From positions 1 through 61,972 of the forward strand of contig CAZJYC010000005.1 of assembly GCA_964550165.1 (NCBI GenBank): a stretch of 61,972 nucleotides of DNA, read 5' to 3'. A program made the translations under genes and the position numbers. Position 1 is the stretch's first letter, and the number at the start of each line of letters is the position of its first letter. A model generated the notes under the pieces. That model saw only the letters and a program-made list of their open reading frames with translations, searched no databases and was not told the DNA's origin. Origin of the DNA: an uncultured Eubacteriales bacterium. Lineage in GTDB: Bacteria; Acidobacteriota; Aminicenantia; Aminicenantales; Aminicenantaceae. Shown here in pieces: positions 1 to 9,553 of this stretch.

Positions 1-103
1 CGAAGGGCAGCTCGGGAAGGCTAAACCTTCAATGGTCGCTTCGGCCATCTCTGAGGGCCTTTTTGTTACCAAAAACTCCTTCACCCAAACAAAATGGAAG
101 AGA
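1..103. repeat. Right-arm fragment of a MITE-like element, truncated by the window start. Same family as the complete element at 18277-18508.
   Basis: Bases 20-103 (ccttcaatggtcgcttcggccatctctgag...cacccaaacaaaatggaagag) align to 18444-18508 (ccttcaatggtcgcttcggccatctctgag...cacccacacaaaagggaaga). The start of the element lies upstream of the window. Confidence 0.6.
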
Positions 104-296
104 TTCATTTAGAATTTAGTATGGTGTTCTGGTTTTTGCCGCTTTTTTGACAGAACGAACAACCTGTCTGAAGCCGGGAAACTATTCCAAAAATACCAGG
201 AAGAATTTATAATGGCTGTTCGTCTAAATTTTAGTTATATCCAAAACGGATGTCAAAAAATCATATGCATTCAAATTATCATTAAAGGAGGAAAAT

Positions 297-2120
297 GTGA
301 TGAAAAAGTCCGTCCTGTTGATTCTTTTAATTGTCTTTTTGATTTTCAGCGTGAGCGCGCAGACTCCTCAAACCGCTCAGCAGCCAAAACCCGAAGATAT
401 TTTAAAGAACCTGATCCTTGTCGAAAAACCTCAGGCCGTGCCAGAAAAAATGAAAATCGGGTTTGAGTCCATAACTGCTAAAGATTCTTTGGTGATGCTA
501 TCTTATATTGCTTCTGATCTCATGGAGGGCCGGGAGACTGCGACGAGAGGATACGAGCTGGCTTCTGAGTATGCGGCGTCCCTTTTTGCCTTATGGAAGT
601 TGAAACCCGCCGGAGATGCTCCAAGCATGGGCCGCATGATGGCCAGAGGCATGGCCGCCGCGGGACAGCAGGCGCCGCCACGGGAAAAAAGCTATCTCCA
701 GGAATTTGTCATGAAGGAAATCTCAGATGTCTCCAGCCAGATCAACCTGGAAGTCAGGAAGGGCGCTCTCTTGAAGACGCGAAGCTTTAAGTCAGGAGTC
801 GACTTCACCAGCATGCCCTCGACAGCCGGCTCTATTGAAGCCCCCGTAGTTTTTGCCGGCTACGGAATCAAGGAAAAAGAGATTGGCTGGGATGATTTCA
901 AAAATCTCGACGTCAAGGGAAAAATCGTCCTGATCATTTCCGAAGCACCGGGAAAGGACAATCCCAAGTCGCCTTTCCAGAAAAAGGAGTTGAAGGAGAA
1001 ATATTTTCCACCCGCTGCCTTCGGTCCTTTTCGCCGCGGCGGCGGATTTTCCAAGACCCAGGAGATTGCCAAACTTGGTGCCGCAGCCATCCTTCAAGTC
1101 CAGAACTCAACAAAAGACGCCGACATCTACAGAGGGCTTGCCGGGCAAAGGCGAATTTCCGATGAGCGTCCGATAATTCGAAGGCCGCGGCGACGCCTGA
1201 TGATTCCGGGCAGCGGAGCGCCGATGCCCTGGGAGGCTTCGCCGGTCATCACGGTCCCGCGCGAGATGGCCGATGCCATTTTGGAAGCAAGCGGTCAAAA
1301 AATTGAAGGCCTGCAGAAGCGAATCGAGGACACTTTAAAGCCTTTTTCCATGGAATTGCCCGGAACCAAGCTGACAATTTCGACCACGGCCAAGACTGAG
1401 CTGGTCCGCAGCGCCAACGTCCTGGCTTATATCGAAGGCTCCGACCCGGCCTTGAAAAATGAGTTCGTCGTGGTTGGCGGCCATCTCGACCATCTCGGGA
1501 AATGGGAAGACTATATCTTCAACGGCGCCGACGACAACGGCTCTGGCTCGGTCGGCGTCCTGAATCTGGCCAGAGCTTTCATGGCCAGTCCGGAAAAGCC
1601 CAAACGCTCCATTCTCTTCTGCCTCTGGACAGGAGAAGAGCTCGGCCTTCTAGGCTCCCGCTACTATGTCCAGAACCCCGCTTTTCCCCTGGATAAAACT
1701 GTAGCCTATATCAACATGGACATGATCAGCCGGCCCTACGATGAAAGAAGCATCAGCCGCATGTCCCGGATGTTCAACATCCCCAGCACCCAGGAGCTTC
1801 TCAAGAAAATCAAGCCGGAAAATTTCCTGCCCGTCTCGTTCTCGGCCGGAGCAGGCCTGGATGATATCCTGAGAAATGCCGACCAGTTTGTGGGCCTTGA
1901 CCTGTTTTTGCGCGAGGCCGGCGGAGGTCTCGACCGCGGAATGGGAGGCAGCGATCATTCGTCGTTTGCCGCGGCGAAAATTCCCTGGGTGTTTTTCAAT
2001 TCGAGCATGACCGAGGATTATCACCAGACCAGCGATAGCGTGGAGAAGGTCAGCGGCCAGATGATCGAAAACATCTCGCGTCTGGCCTATTTGACGGCAT
2101 TTGCGTTGGCGGATAAATGA
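297..2120 (+). CDS. Secreted M28-family Zn aminopeptidase with a PA domain
   Basis: N-terminal signal peptide (MMKKSVLLILLIVFLIFSVSAQT). M28 metal-binding signature GADDNGSGSVGVLNLARAF. Downstream EEXG-like LWTGEELGLLGS. AAAGGAGG Shine-Dalgarno at 284-291. An ATG at 300 is equally possible as the start. Confidence 0.75.
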   Translation: MMKKSVLLILLIVFLIFSVSAQTPQTAQQPKPEDILKNLILVEKPQAVPEKMKIGFESITAKDSLVMLSYIASDLMEGRETATRGYELASEYAASLFALWKLKPAGDAPSMGRMMARGMAAAGQQAPPREKSYLQEFVMKEISDVSSQINLEVRKGALLKTRSFKSGVDFTSMPSTAGSIEAPVVFAGYGIKEKEIGWDDFKNLDVKGKIVLIISEAPGKDNPKSPFQKKELKEKYFPPAAFGPFRRGGGFSKTQEIAKLGAAAILQVQNSTKDADIYRGLAGQRRISDERPIIRRPRRRLMIPGSGAPMPWEASPVITVPREMADAILEASGQKIEGLQKRIEDTLKPFSMELPGTKLTISTTAKTELVRSANVLAYIEGSDPALKNEFVVVGGHLDHLGKWEDYIFNGADDNGSGSVGVLNLARAFMASPEKPKRSILFCLWTGEELGLLGSRYYVQNPAFPLDKTVAYINMDMISRPYDERSISRMSRMFNIPSTQELLKKIKPENFLPVSFSAGAGLDDILRNADQFVGLDLFLREAGGGLDRGMGGSDHSSFAAAKIPWVFFNSSMTEDYHQTSDSVEKVSGQMIENISRLAYLTAFALADK

Positions 2121-2165
2121 TAATTGATCCGCATCAAAGAGATCGTTTGTGGCTAATGGCAGTCT

Positions 2166-3462
2166 TTATTCGTAGAGCAAATACTTCTTCTGTTTCTCCT
2201 TGAAGAGATTCTCGTCCTTCTCCATCTGCGCCAGCAGCTCGTCGTAACTGATTTTGCCCTTGATATACCGGCTGAGAAGATTGTTGCCGAACATGAAATC
2301 CAGGTAGCGTGATTCTGAAAAAGATTTATCCGGAAACTGCTCCTTGATGATTTTGATGAGTTCAAGCCCGAAACGGATGGAATAGCACTTCTCTTTACTG
2401 ACGATGTTAGCCCGAATTCCGCGGCAATTTTTTTTCTCATAAAGCGGGTGAAGGACCTTTCCCTGAAGAGAATAGGGCGTGAATTCGACAGGCTCGAGTT
2501 CGATGCCGAACCGGGCCCCGCCGTTCATCTTTTCAATGATGGCGGCCGGATCAAACCAGGGGGCGCCGAACTGGAGAAAAGGGAAAAGTGTCCCTTCTCC
2601 TTTATTGAGGCCTAAGGCGCCCAGCAGGGCTGTTCCCGGAAAGATGATGGCGGTCTCGGCCGTCGGGATGTTCGGGGAGGAGGGTGTCCAGCTAAGGCCG
2701 GTGTCTTCCCAGAAGAATCTTCTTTGCCAGTTTTTCATTTTAATCAGTCGAATGTCAGCCATCTCAGGAACCCAGCCTTCTCCCTTCATCATCATCGCCA
2801 GCTCAGCCGCGGTCAACCCGTAGCGGATCGGGATGGGAAAGGCTCCGATAAAAGAGGTGTATTCAGGCCGGAGAAGAGGGCCTTCGATGATCTCGCCGCC
2901 CAGAGGATTGGGCCTGTCCAGGATGTAGACAGGAATACGGGCCTCGGCTGCCGCTTCGATGATGTATTTCAGGGTAGTAATGTAAGTGTAGAACCTGACA
3001 CCCACATCCTGGATATCGTAGACAAAGGCATCAAGATGGATGGTTTGATCGGCTGTCGGCTTTTTTGTCTCTTCGTAAAGACTGTATATTTTGATGCCGT
3101 TGATCTGACTGTCTTCGACCTCAATTCCTCCTTCCACGTCGCCAAAAAATCCATGCTCGGGAGAGAAAATGGCCTGGACCTTTTGTCCTTTTTCCAGGAG
3201 AGCATTAAGGAGCGACTTTCCCTGAGGAAGGAGAGAGGTGTGGTTGATGACAAGTCCCAGCGATTTTCCTTGAACTTCGGAGAGGCATTCTTCTATAAAA
3301 ACCTCATTGCCCAGCACAACCTTTTTTTCGCGCTCAGGAGAAGTTTTTTCCTGATGAAAGCAAAATAGAAAAATTGCGCTTATAAAAAGAAGAAAGACAA
3401 GTCCGACTATGATATTTTTCTTCAAGATCAGGAGCCCTTCATTTTCTCTGCGATGTGACATG
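2166..3462 (-). CDS. DUF1343 / NamZ-family exo-beta-N-acetylmuramidase-like protein, N-terminally membrane anchored
   Basis: Family-typical block LGLVINHTSLLPQGKSLLNALLEKGQKVQAIFSPEHGFFGDVEGG. Start chosen at the ATG at 3462 (MSHRRENEGLLILKKNIIVGLVFLLFISAIFLF), which sits just before the TM segment. The ORF-track start at 3653 would overlap the upstream gene by about 210 nt. Confidence 0.6.
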
Positions 3463-5613
3463 GATGAGATATTCACCCAGCCCTGTTTTTTTGACGATGT
3501 CCAGCGCTTCTTGCTGGGAAAAGGCTTGCTTGAGTCGAAGCGATTCAAGGATGCGAATGATGGACAGGGCGACTTCGGCTGTCTGGCCTGCTTCTCTCTG
3601 TTTATCCTTGAGAAATCCAATCGCCTCAAAGAGCACCGCATTGGCTTCAGCATAGGTAATGGGCTTGTGCTCTCCGTAGAGTTTTATCCATTGAGGCCTG
3701 GCCAGGACATCGTTGGTGTGAGACTGAATGAGGTGTGTCGCCCGGCCGATGAGCTTGAGGTTGCCCGGGCTGACATTGGTCATGGTGTTTCCGATGACTT
3801 TTCCCAGACGGGCCATGACCCCGGTCGAATGCGCGTTGAGAAGAATTTTGAGGGCGATCTGCGCCTTGAGACCCAGCGGGTCGTTTTTCCGGCTGACATT
3901 CACCGCCACAAGAGAATCTTTTGTCGCCGCGTCAAAGCCAGGGATTTTTTGAATAAGCTTAAATACATCTTCTGATGATTTGTCGGTGATGATAATAGCG
4001 GCCACACGGCTTCCTGCTTTCAAGAAGAGGTCGAGGGACCTTCTGAAATCAGAGTTCTTTTTTCGAAGCTGTTCTTCCTCTGGGCTGATACAGACAACGA
4101 CCCCAAGGTCTTCTTTTTCGGGTCCGCGGTTTCTCAGGTTGAACCCGGCAAAGGAGAAATCATAAAGGAACTGCTGGTCATCTCCTGCCTTGTTCAGGCT
4201 TTCCAGGGCGGCTCTTTTCAGGTAGGGGTCTTCGATTTCCTGTTCAAAGGGCTTTTGATAGAAACGACGGCTCAGCCCTCTGAAGGGCCTCCCCAGAAAG
4301 GCCTGCCAGGCGTCCTGGAGGCTGGATGCGGGCGTCAAGACCTGAATCCAGCATTTTCTTCTTTCTTCTTTGACCGTGTCCAGGGGAAAAAGGCGAAAGG
4401 TCGGGCTCCTTTCCGTGCTGTCGATGAAAACGGTGATCAGGCCTTTTTGGGCAAAATAGGTGGAGAAGCGCCCGCTTTTGTAAGTCTCGGCTTCGAGCGC
4501 TGTGAATTTAGATAAGGCCGACAGGCTGGCTTTGACCCCCTTCAGGATGGAAGAGAATTCTTTTAGCTTTTTTTCAAGACGGACCTCCTCCGCAAAACCC
4601 AGTTCTGCCATCTCTTTTTCGCAAAGAAAATTCTTTAGAATGCGTTCGAACGCTTTCCCCAGGATATTGCCGACAATGAAGGTCTCGATGGTCGTGGCCT
4701 GCATCCGCGTTGAGCCGGTTATGGCCTGAGGGCCTGTGAAGAGGTTGATCTTGGTGATTCCTGGCTCTTCAAGGACCTCCCGGCTGCGCTCAAAGGGAAG
4801 GAGCTTTTCGTCGGGGTTGTTGTAGACAAAATAGAGATTCTTTCTGGATTTTGCCGGGTTGTAATCACCGGCTTTTTTCCACTGGTCCAAGGCAGCCAGG
4901 ATTGTGCCGATGACCGACGAGGTCTCGCCTCCTTCAGTGACGCAGATGACAACGTCCCCTTTTTCGATCCCTCGGTCCTCTAGCTGAAGACGTCCGATAA
5001 GCTGAAGGTCTTCGAACCCTTCCAGGGAGCTGATCAGGGCCCGGTCGGCTCCGGTCATTTCTCCGATGAGCCTCTGTTCGATATTCTCTCCAAGCTGATG
5101 TTTGATTTTTGACCAGATCTTTCTTTTTTCCTTGACTCTCCTCCAGAAAGGACGCCAGAAAGTGCTTTCCATCTGTTTGGCCAGGCGGCCGGTAGCGCCG
5201 CAGCCGTATATGTAAATCTTTTTCCCGGAGAGAACAGCTTCTTCCAAAGCTTGAGAAGCCTGCTCAAGAACATCCTTCTCTCCGGCCATAGCTTCGAGCT
5301 TTTCTGCGATGTCCTCATCCACGGAGAAAAGGAGGCGCAGCCCGGTCTCGCAGTCTTGCTGGATTTCCTGGCTGAGGTTCCAGGTTTTGGGGTGGCGCTG
5401 TTCTGTCAGCAGGGTGTGGAGCTGAAATTGAGTCTTGTTCCGGACATAATCCACGGAGTCTGGCGAAGGCGTTATTCTCAAAAGCTGAAGCAGGCTCATC
5501 TCATTTTTTATGGAGACTTTGGTCTTCTGGACCGGATTCGAAAGCAGTTGAAACGCCGGAAAAAACAGAGCCAGGGCAATCAAAGGAAAATACAGAATTC
5601 TACTCGCATTCAT
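3439..5613 (-). CDS. Tandem-SIS-domain protein of the MurQ / GckR (N-acetylmuramic acid-6-P etherase / glucokinase-regulator) family with an N-terminal signal peptide
   Basis: Signal peptide MNASRILYFPLIALALFFPAFQ. First SIS block KIYIYGCGATGRLAKQ ... FTGPQAITGSTRMQATTIETFIVGNILGKAF, compared with MurQ GAGTSGRLG ... [31 protein letters not shown]. Second block LKILLNAHSTGVMARLGKVIGNTMTNVSPGNLKLIGRATHLI, compared with MurQ [26 protein letters not shown]. Confidence 0.6.
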   Translation of the reverse strand: MNASRILYFPLIALALFFPAFQLLSNPVQKTKVSIKNEMSLLQLLRITPSPDSVDYVRNKTQFQLHTLLTEQRHPKTWNLSQEIQQDCETGLRLLFSVDEDIAEKLEAMAGEKDVLEQASQALEEAVLSGKKIYIYGCGATGRLAKQMESTFWRPFWRRVKEKRKIWSKIKHQLGENIEQRLIGEMTGADRALISSLEGFEDLQLIGRLQLEDRGIEKGDVVICVTEGGETSSVIGTILAALDQWKKAGDYNPAKSRKNLYFVYNNPDEKLLPFERSREVLEEPGITKINLFTGPQAITGSTRMQATTIETFIVGNILGKAFERILKNFLCEKEMAELGFAEEVRLEKKLKEFSSILKGVKASLSALSKFTALEAETYKSGRFSTYFAQKGLITVFIDSTERSPTFRLFPLDTVKEERRKCWIQVLTPASSLQDAWQAFLGRPFRGLSRRFYQKPFEQEIEDPYLKRAALESLNKAGDDQQFLYDFSFAGFNLRNRGPEKEDLGVVVCISPEEEQLRKKNSDFRRSLDLFLKAGSRVAAIIITDKSSEDVFKLIQKIPGFDAATKDSLVAVNVSRKNDPLGLKAQIALKILLNAHSTGVMARLGKVIGNTMTNVSPGNLKLIGRATHLIQSHTNDVLARPQWIKLYGEHKPITYAEANAVLFEAIGFLKDKQREAGQTAEVALSIIRILESLRLKQAFSQQEALDIVKKTGLGEYLIHVTSQRK

Positions 5614-5791
5614 TTTTTATAGCCTCTTATTCATTTGCTTGCTTGTCCGAAAAAAGTTCAACTCCTTCAACCGCACAGGATGGAAGAGAACATTTAGGTT
5701 TAAGGAGATCGCCGCGCTTCTTTCGGGAGCTCGCGATGGCATTTTTATCATTGCGTTATTGTGAGATTTTCCGCACGAAAAAAGTGATTCG

Positions 5792-6301
5792 TCAGCCATA
5801 CTGCTGCTCATCGTCGAGAATATCGGCTTTCTGCCATTCCTTGACCCATTCGCCCACCAGGAAAGATCTCATTTTTCCGTCTGCCGTCGAGCAGACCACA
5901 CGGTTGAGGCCGGCGTTGATGATTATCTTCTTGCACATAAAACAGGGAAAGGCGTTAATCGGCTTGAATTTTCCGGTGATGCTGCCGTAGATGTACATGT
6001 CACCTCCCAGCAAGCTGACTCCAGCCCGGGCGGCGTTGATGATCGCGTTTTGCTCGGCATGAACGCTCCGGCAGAGCTCGTAGCGCTGTCCATGAGGGAT
6101 GCCCAGCTTATCGCGGAGGCAGAAGCCGTGCTCGAAGCTGTCTTTGGTTTTCCTGGGCGCTCCGACATATCCGGTGGAGATGATCTGGTCATCCTTGATG
6201 ATGATCGCGCCGATCGAGCGGCGAAAACAGGTGCTGCGCCGTGCCACTTCTTCGGCAATGCCCATGTAATACTGGTCTTTGGAAATTCTTATTGGACTCA
6301 T
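5792..6301 (-). CDS. comEB: dCMP (deoxycytidylate) deaminase, ComEB/Dcd family
   Basis: Zinc-binding motifs HAEQNAI and PCxxC (FPCFMCKK). Size 169 aa. The ATG overlaps the stop of the upstream kinase gene (ATGA). Confidence 0.8.
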   Translation of the reverse strand: MSPIRISKDQYYMGIAEEVARRSTCFRRSIGAIIIKDDQIISTGYVGAPRKTKDSFEHGFCLRDKLGIPHGQRYELCRSVHAEQNAIINAARAGVSLLGGDMYIYGSITGKFKPINAFPCFMCKKIIINAGLNRVVCSTADGKMRSFLVGEWVKEWQKADILDDEQQYG

Positions 6302-6837
6302 GGCAATTCCTCCAGCTTTTTGTGCAAATCTTCGAGGGAGCCGTCGTTGATAATCATAAAATCGGCCATCTTCATACAGCTCTGGAGCTGTTGTCCTTTT
6401 CTGCGCCTTGTCATCTCTTCTCTTTCTTTTTTGATGAATTCCCGAAGAGATGAAGCCGATTCCTCCCTTCCCCTTTTTTTCGCCCTCTCGTATCTTAATT
6501 CGACAGGAGCGTCGACGGAGAGCAAAATGAATTTATTATGTTTTCTCAAGTATTCGACTTCCTTGGGATTGCGGATGCTGTCGATGACAGCTTTGCTTTG
6601 GACTTTTTCCATGACGCGCCTGGCCAAGATATCGGGGCCAAGCTTTTCTCTGAGCTCGTTTCCCATCTGGATCAGGTTGTTTCGGGTTGGCTCCTTGCCT
6701 TTTTTCTGAATCTCTTCACGAATCAGGTCGGAGAGAGAAAAATAGGCGTATCCTCTTTTAACAAAAAAGGCAGCCACCTCTCCCTTTCCCGCGCCGTTCG
6801 TCCCTGTCAGCCCGATCAGTCTCGCTTCTTTTTTCAC
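6298..6837 (-). CDS. Small P-loop nucleotide/nucleoside kinase (dephospho-CoA-kinase / dNMP-kinase-like)
   Basis: N-terminal Walker A LIGLTGTNGAGKGEVA. Size 179 aa. Translationally coupled to the dCMP deaminase gene. Confidence 0.45.
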   Translation of the reverse strand: MKKEARLIGLTGTNGAGKGEVAAFFVKRGYAYFSLSDLIREEIQKKGKEPTRNNLIQMGNELREKLGPDILARRVMEKVQSKAVIDSIRNPKEVEYLRKHNKFILLSVDAPVELRYERAKKRGREESASSLREFIKKEREEMTRRRKGQQLQSCMKMADFMIINDGSLEDLHKKLEELP

Positions 6838-6844
6838 AACAAAC

Positions 6845-8128
6845 CTACAACCTTCCTCTCAACAGTCTTTTGCACCAGGAAAGAAAGAGAAAAAAATAGG
6901 CATCGAGGATGAGGTCAAACCTGAAGAGGGGATTGACGATGCCAGCCTTTAAAAATAGCCAGAGGACAAAGTCTTTATGCTTCGGGGGACAGCCTTTGAT
7001 TTTTCTTCGTTTCCTGGCCTTCACTTCGCCCTGAATTTGCGAGCAGTTGCCGATAACCATCAACCTGTCGGCTTCAACATTTCCGTTATGCTTGCCGATG
7101 ACAACAGTCCAGGGAGGAAGGCTCTTCCAGAGCGCTGGTTTTCTGTCCTTAATCATGTAGAGCCAGTCTAAGAAAACGCCATGACAGCCGCCCTCGCAGT
7201 AGGGTTTGCCGGCGATTGTCTGGATATTGCAGTCCGCCTCGTCCACCCTGGCCAGGCCGAGGTCCCAGTCTCTTGTTTTTTGCCGGATTTCCTCGAGAGA
7301 TATATCGCCCAGGAGCTCAATCTCTTCGAGGCGGAGCGGCCCGTAGCCCCTTTCATGGGCGATGCGGAGGTGCTGGATTTTTTGCGGGTCAAGATGGAGG
7401 ATATGGGCGCAAACAACGTCATGAGCCAGAGGATTCTTGGCCATGACAACGATCCCCAGATGCTTGCCGTGCTGCGTGAGATGATTTCCCCCAAGCGAAA
7501 TCTCGATACAATCAGTGGCGATGAAATCCGGATAGCCGACCTCGAGCAAATCGACGATTTTCTCGTCCAGGTTGTAATTGTGGTTCCACATTCTTTCTCT
7601 ATCTTTGAGGATTCCTACGTTGAGCTTAATCGCCGCTGTCAGCCCCTGGGTAAGATTATTGCTTTTGAGTTTCGGGGCGTAGACGAGAAAGTCGTTTTCG
7701 ACAATTTCTCTGGCTGTGGTGATTTGGGTATGGATTTTTCCTTTCTTAAGGGCCACCCTGACCTTCTTCGCCTCTTCTATGGGAAGTAGCTTGACCTTAT
7801 ATTGTTTTTTCAGCTTCTGGTAGCCGGCTCTCCTGAACATCCTGGAGGTCGGCATCCCAGCTCCACATTTTTCAGCGATTGTGATTTTTAGCTCATCGCT
7901 TTTTCCGTCTATCATGGCCAGGAGTAAGCCTTCGAGGAATTCCGGCCGGGTGTAAGCCGAAGGGGCAACTTGATGATGGGCCATGACCACATTGGGCTTG
8001 ATGGTCACGCGGCCCTGAACAGATGAAGCTAGACCGAGTTCATCGAGGCCTTCCTGGATGACTTTTTTGATTGTCTCCGGACTGTAATCTGGAACCCTGC
8101 GGATTATGACTTTCTCTTTTTCCTTCAT
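6845..8128 (-). CDS. DUF362-family protein
   Basis: N-terminal VTIKPNVVMAHHQV block typical of DUF362. Cys-rich C-terminal part (CEGGCHG). Confidence 0.4.
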   Translation of the reverse strand: MKEKEKVIIRRVPDYSPETIKKVIQEGLDELGLASSVQGRVTIKPNVVMAHHQVAPSAYTRPEFLEGLLLAMIDGKSDELKITIAEKCGAGMPTSRMFRRAGYQKLKKQYKVKLLPIEEAKKVRVALKKGKIHTQITTAREIVENDFLVYAPKLKSNNLTQGLTAAIKLNVGILKDRERMWNHNYNLDEKIVDLLEVGYPDFIATDCIEISLGGNHLTQHGKHLGIVVMAKNPLAHDVVCAHILHLDPQKIQHLRIAHERGYGPLRLEEIELLGDISLEEIRQKTRDWDLGLARVDEADCNIQTIAGKPYCEGGCHGVFLDWLYMIKDRKPALWKSLPPWTVVIGKHNGNVEADRLMVIGNCSQIQGEVKARKRRKIKGCPPKHKDFVLWLFLKAGIVNPLFRFDLILDAYFFLFLSWCKRLLRGRL

Positions 8129-8133
8129 GCTGC

Positions 8134-8868
8134 TTAGCCAGCTAGCTCATCATCAGATTCTTTCCTCTTTTTTTTGCCAAAGATGAGGGCAATCAAGATG
8201 CCCAGGCCGTAAAGGGCGAGCATAGGAACAGCGATGATAGTCTGATTCATCACATCCGGGCTGGGTGTAATCACTGCGGCGATGATGAAAATGGCAAGGA
8301 AAGCATATTTGAAATTTCTTATCATCCATCCTGACGTGACGATTCCCATGCGCGCAAGGAAGAAGATGAGAGTCGGCATTTCAAAAACCAAGGCTATTCC
8401 TAAGAGAAGCCGAATGGCCAGGCTAAAATATTGATCCACTGTAATAACAGCTTTAAATTTGCTTCCCATTTTAAGGAAGAAATTGCAGGCAAAGGGAAAA
8501 GCGACAAAGTAGCCGAAGAGGGCGCCGAGGATAAAAAAGACCGTTGTGAAGAAAACAAAGGGGATGACGTATTTTTTTTCTCTTTGGTAGAGACCGGGAG
8601 CGATGAACAGCCAGAATTGGAAGAAGATGATTGGTGAAGAGATGAAAATAGCGGCCAGGAAAGAGACTTTGATGTAGACCATGAAAGGGGCGGTTAAGGT
8701 CGTGTAAGCTAATTGGTCTCCCCCGGGAAGATATTGGGTGAGGGGACGAGCCAGGATGTCATAGATTTCGTCATGGAACATCCAGGCTGGGATAACCGTC
8801 ACGATAAGGGCGATGAAGGAGTACCAGATTCTTCTTCTGAGTTCATCCAGGTGTTCAAGGAAAGTCAT
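8134..8868 (-). CDS. tatC: Twin-arginine translocase subunit TatC
   Basis: MTFLEHLDELRRRIWYSFIALIV... six-TM TatC signature. The ATG at 8868 abuts the tatA stop (8873-8875). The Lys-rich 5' extension of the ORF track (to 9033) overlaps tatA and was not used. Confidence 0.8.
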   Translation of the reverse strand: MTFLEHLDELRRRIWYSFIALIVTVIPAWMFHDEIYDILARPLTQYLPGGDQLAYTTLTAPFMVYIKVSFLAAIFISSPIIFFQFWLFIAPGLYQREKKYVIPFVFFTTVFFILGALFGYFVAFPFACNFFLKMGSKFKAVITVDQYFSLAIRLLLGIALVFEMPTLIFFLARMGIVTSGWMIRNFKYAFLAIFIIAAVITPSPDVMNQTIIAVPMLALYGLGILIALIFGKKKRKESDDELAG

Positions 8869-8872
8869 CCCA

Positions 8873-9118
8873 TCAGCTGACTTTTTTTTCTTTCCCGCCA
8901 TCTTCGATATCTTTCTTGATTTCTTCCTGAAGATCCTTGAGCTCTTCGGCTTGAATCTCTTCCTCGATTTTTTCTTTGATCTCATCCGAGGTTTTTCTGA
9001 ATTCTCGGATCGCTCTTCCGATCGACCGTCCAACTTCTGGGAGCTTCTTGGGGCCGAAGATGAGCAGGGCTATGGCTAAAATGATGAGGAGTTCAGGGAG
9101 TCCAATGTTTCCGAACAT
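8873..9118 (-). CDS. tatA: Twin-arginine translocase subunit TatA/E
   Basis: [42 protein letters not shown]. Start taken at the internal Met (MFGN...), which sets the boundary at 9118. Confidence 0.8.
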   Translation of the reverse strand: MFGNIGLPELLIILAIALLIFGPKKLPEVGRSIGRAIREFRKTSDEIKEKIEEEIQAEELKDLQEEIKKDIEDGGKEKKVS

Positions 9119-9189
9119 TTTAGCCAATCCGGGATGCAATTCAAAATATAGCCATTCATCTGGGATTAGTCAACTGGAACTTTCCAAGA

Positions 9190-9336
9190 GCTCCGGGTAG
9201 CGGGCTCAAAAACACGCGGGCTTTGCCCCAGCGAGGCAAAGCCCGCTCGGTTTCAGGCTTCGCTCTCCTCTCCCTTCGGTCGAGGAACCGTGCCCGCTCA
9301 GCCTTCAAACGGTTTTCTCGTCCGCAACCCTCCGCT
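9190..9336 (+). repeat. A-type dispersed intergenic repeat (MITE/REP-like), copy 1
   Basis: gctccgggtagcgggctcaaaaacacgcgggctttgccccagcgaggcaaagcccgctcggtttcaggcttcgctctcctctcccttcggtcgaggaaccgtgcccgctcagccttcaaacggtttt. Near-identical to 55536-55682 in reverse orientation and to 38468-38647. Confidence 0.8.
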
Positions 9337-9432
9337 AAATAAGAATGGAGAGATCACTTTTAATAATTATGAGAAGGGGAAGTTTTTATTCTGCTAAGAT
9401 AACAAGCTTTTTAAAATTAATTTTAGTTTTTA

Positions 9433-9470
9433 GGGCTCCGGGTAGCAGGCTCAAAAATACGGCGCTTTTT
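9433..9470 (+). repeat. A-type repeat, 5'-arm fragment
   Basis: gggctccgggtagcaggctcaaaaatacggcgcttttt matches the head of the A-type repeat. Confidence 0.6.
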
Positions 9471-9553
9471 GGCTTGGCATGTTCTGGAGAGAATAAATGT
9501 GGTTCTTTACAAGAAATAATGGCTTTGATAATATAAGGTTTAATGCAAAAGTC

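Noticed and set aside
792-1298. Minus-strand ORFs 792-1097, 860-1090 and 1107-1298
   Set aside because: Antisense within the M28 peptidase gene, with Pro/Arg/Gly-rich low-complexity translations.
2166-3653. Long N-terminal extension of the DUF1343 ORF (start at 3653)
   Set aside because: It would overlap the upstream gene by about 210 nt and would precede the obvious signal-anchor segment. The ATG at 3462 was preferred.
9190-9470. Possibility that the repeated gctccgg... units form a CRISPR array
   Set aside because: The copies are about 150 bp long, imperfect and dispersed across the window (9 kb, 38 kb, 55 kb). They are not regularly spaced as short direct repeats would be, and there are no spacers or cas genes. 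They were classified as REP/MITE-like.
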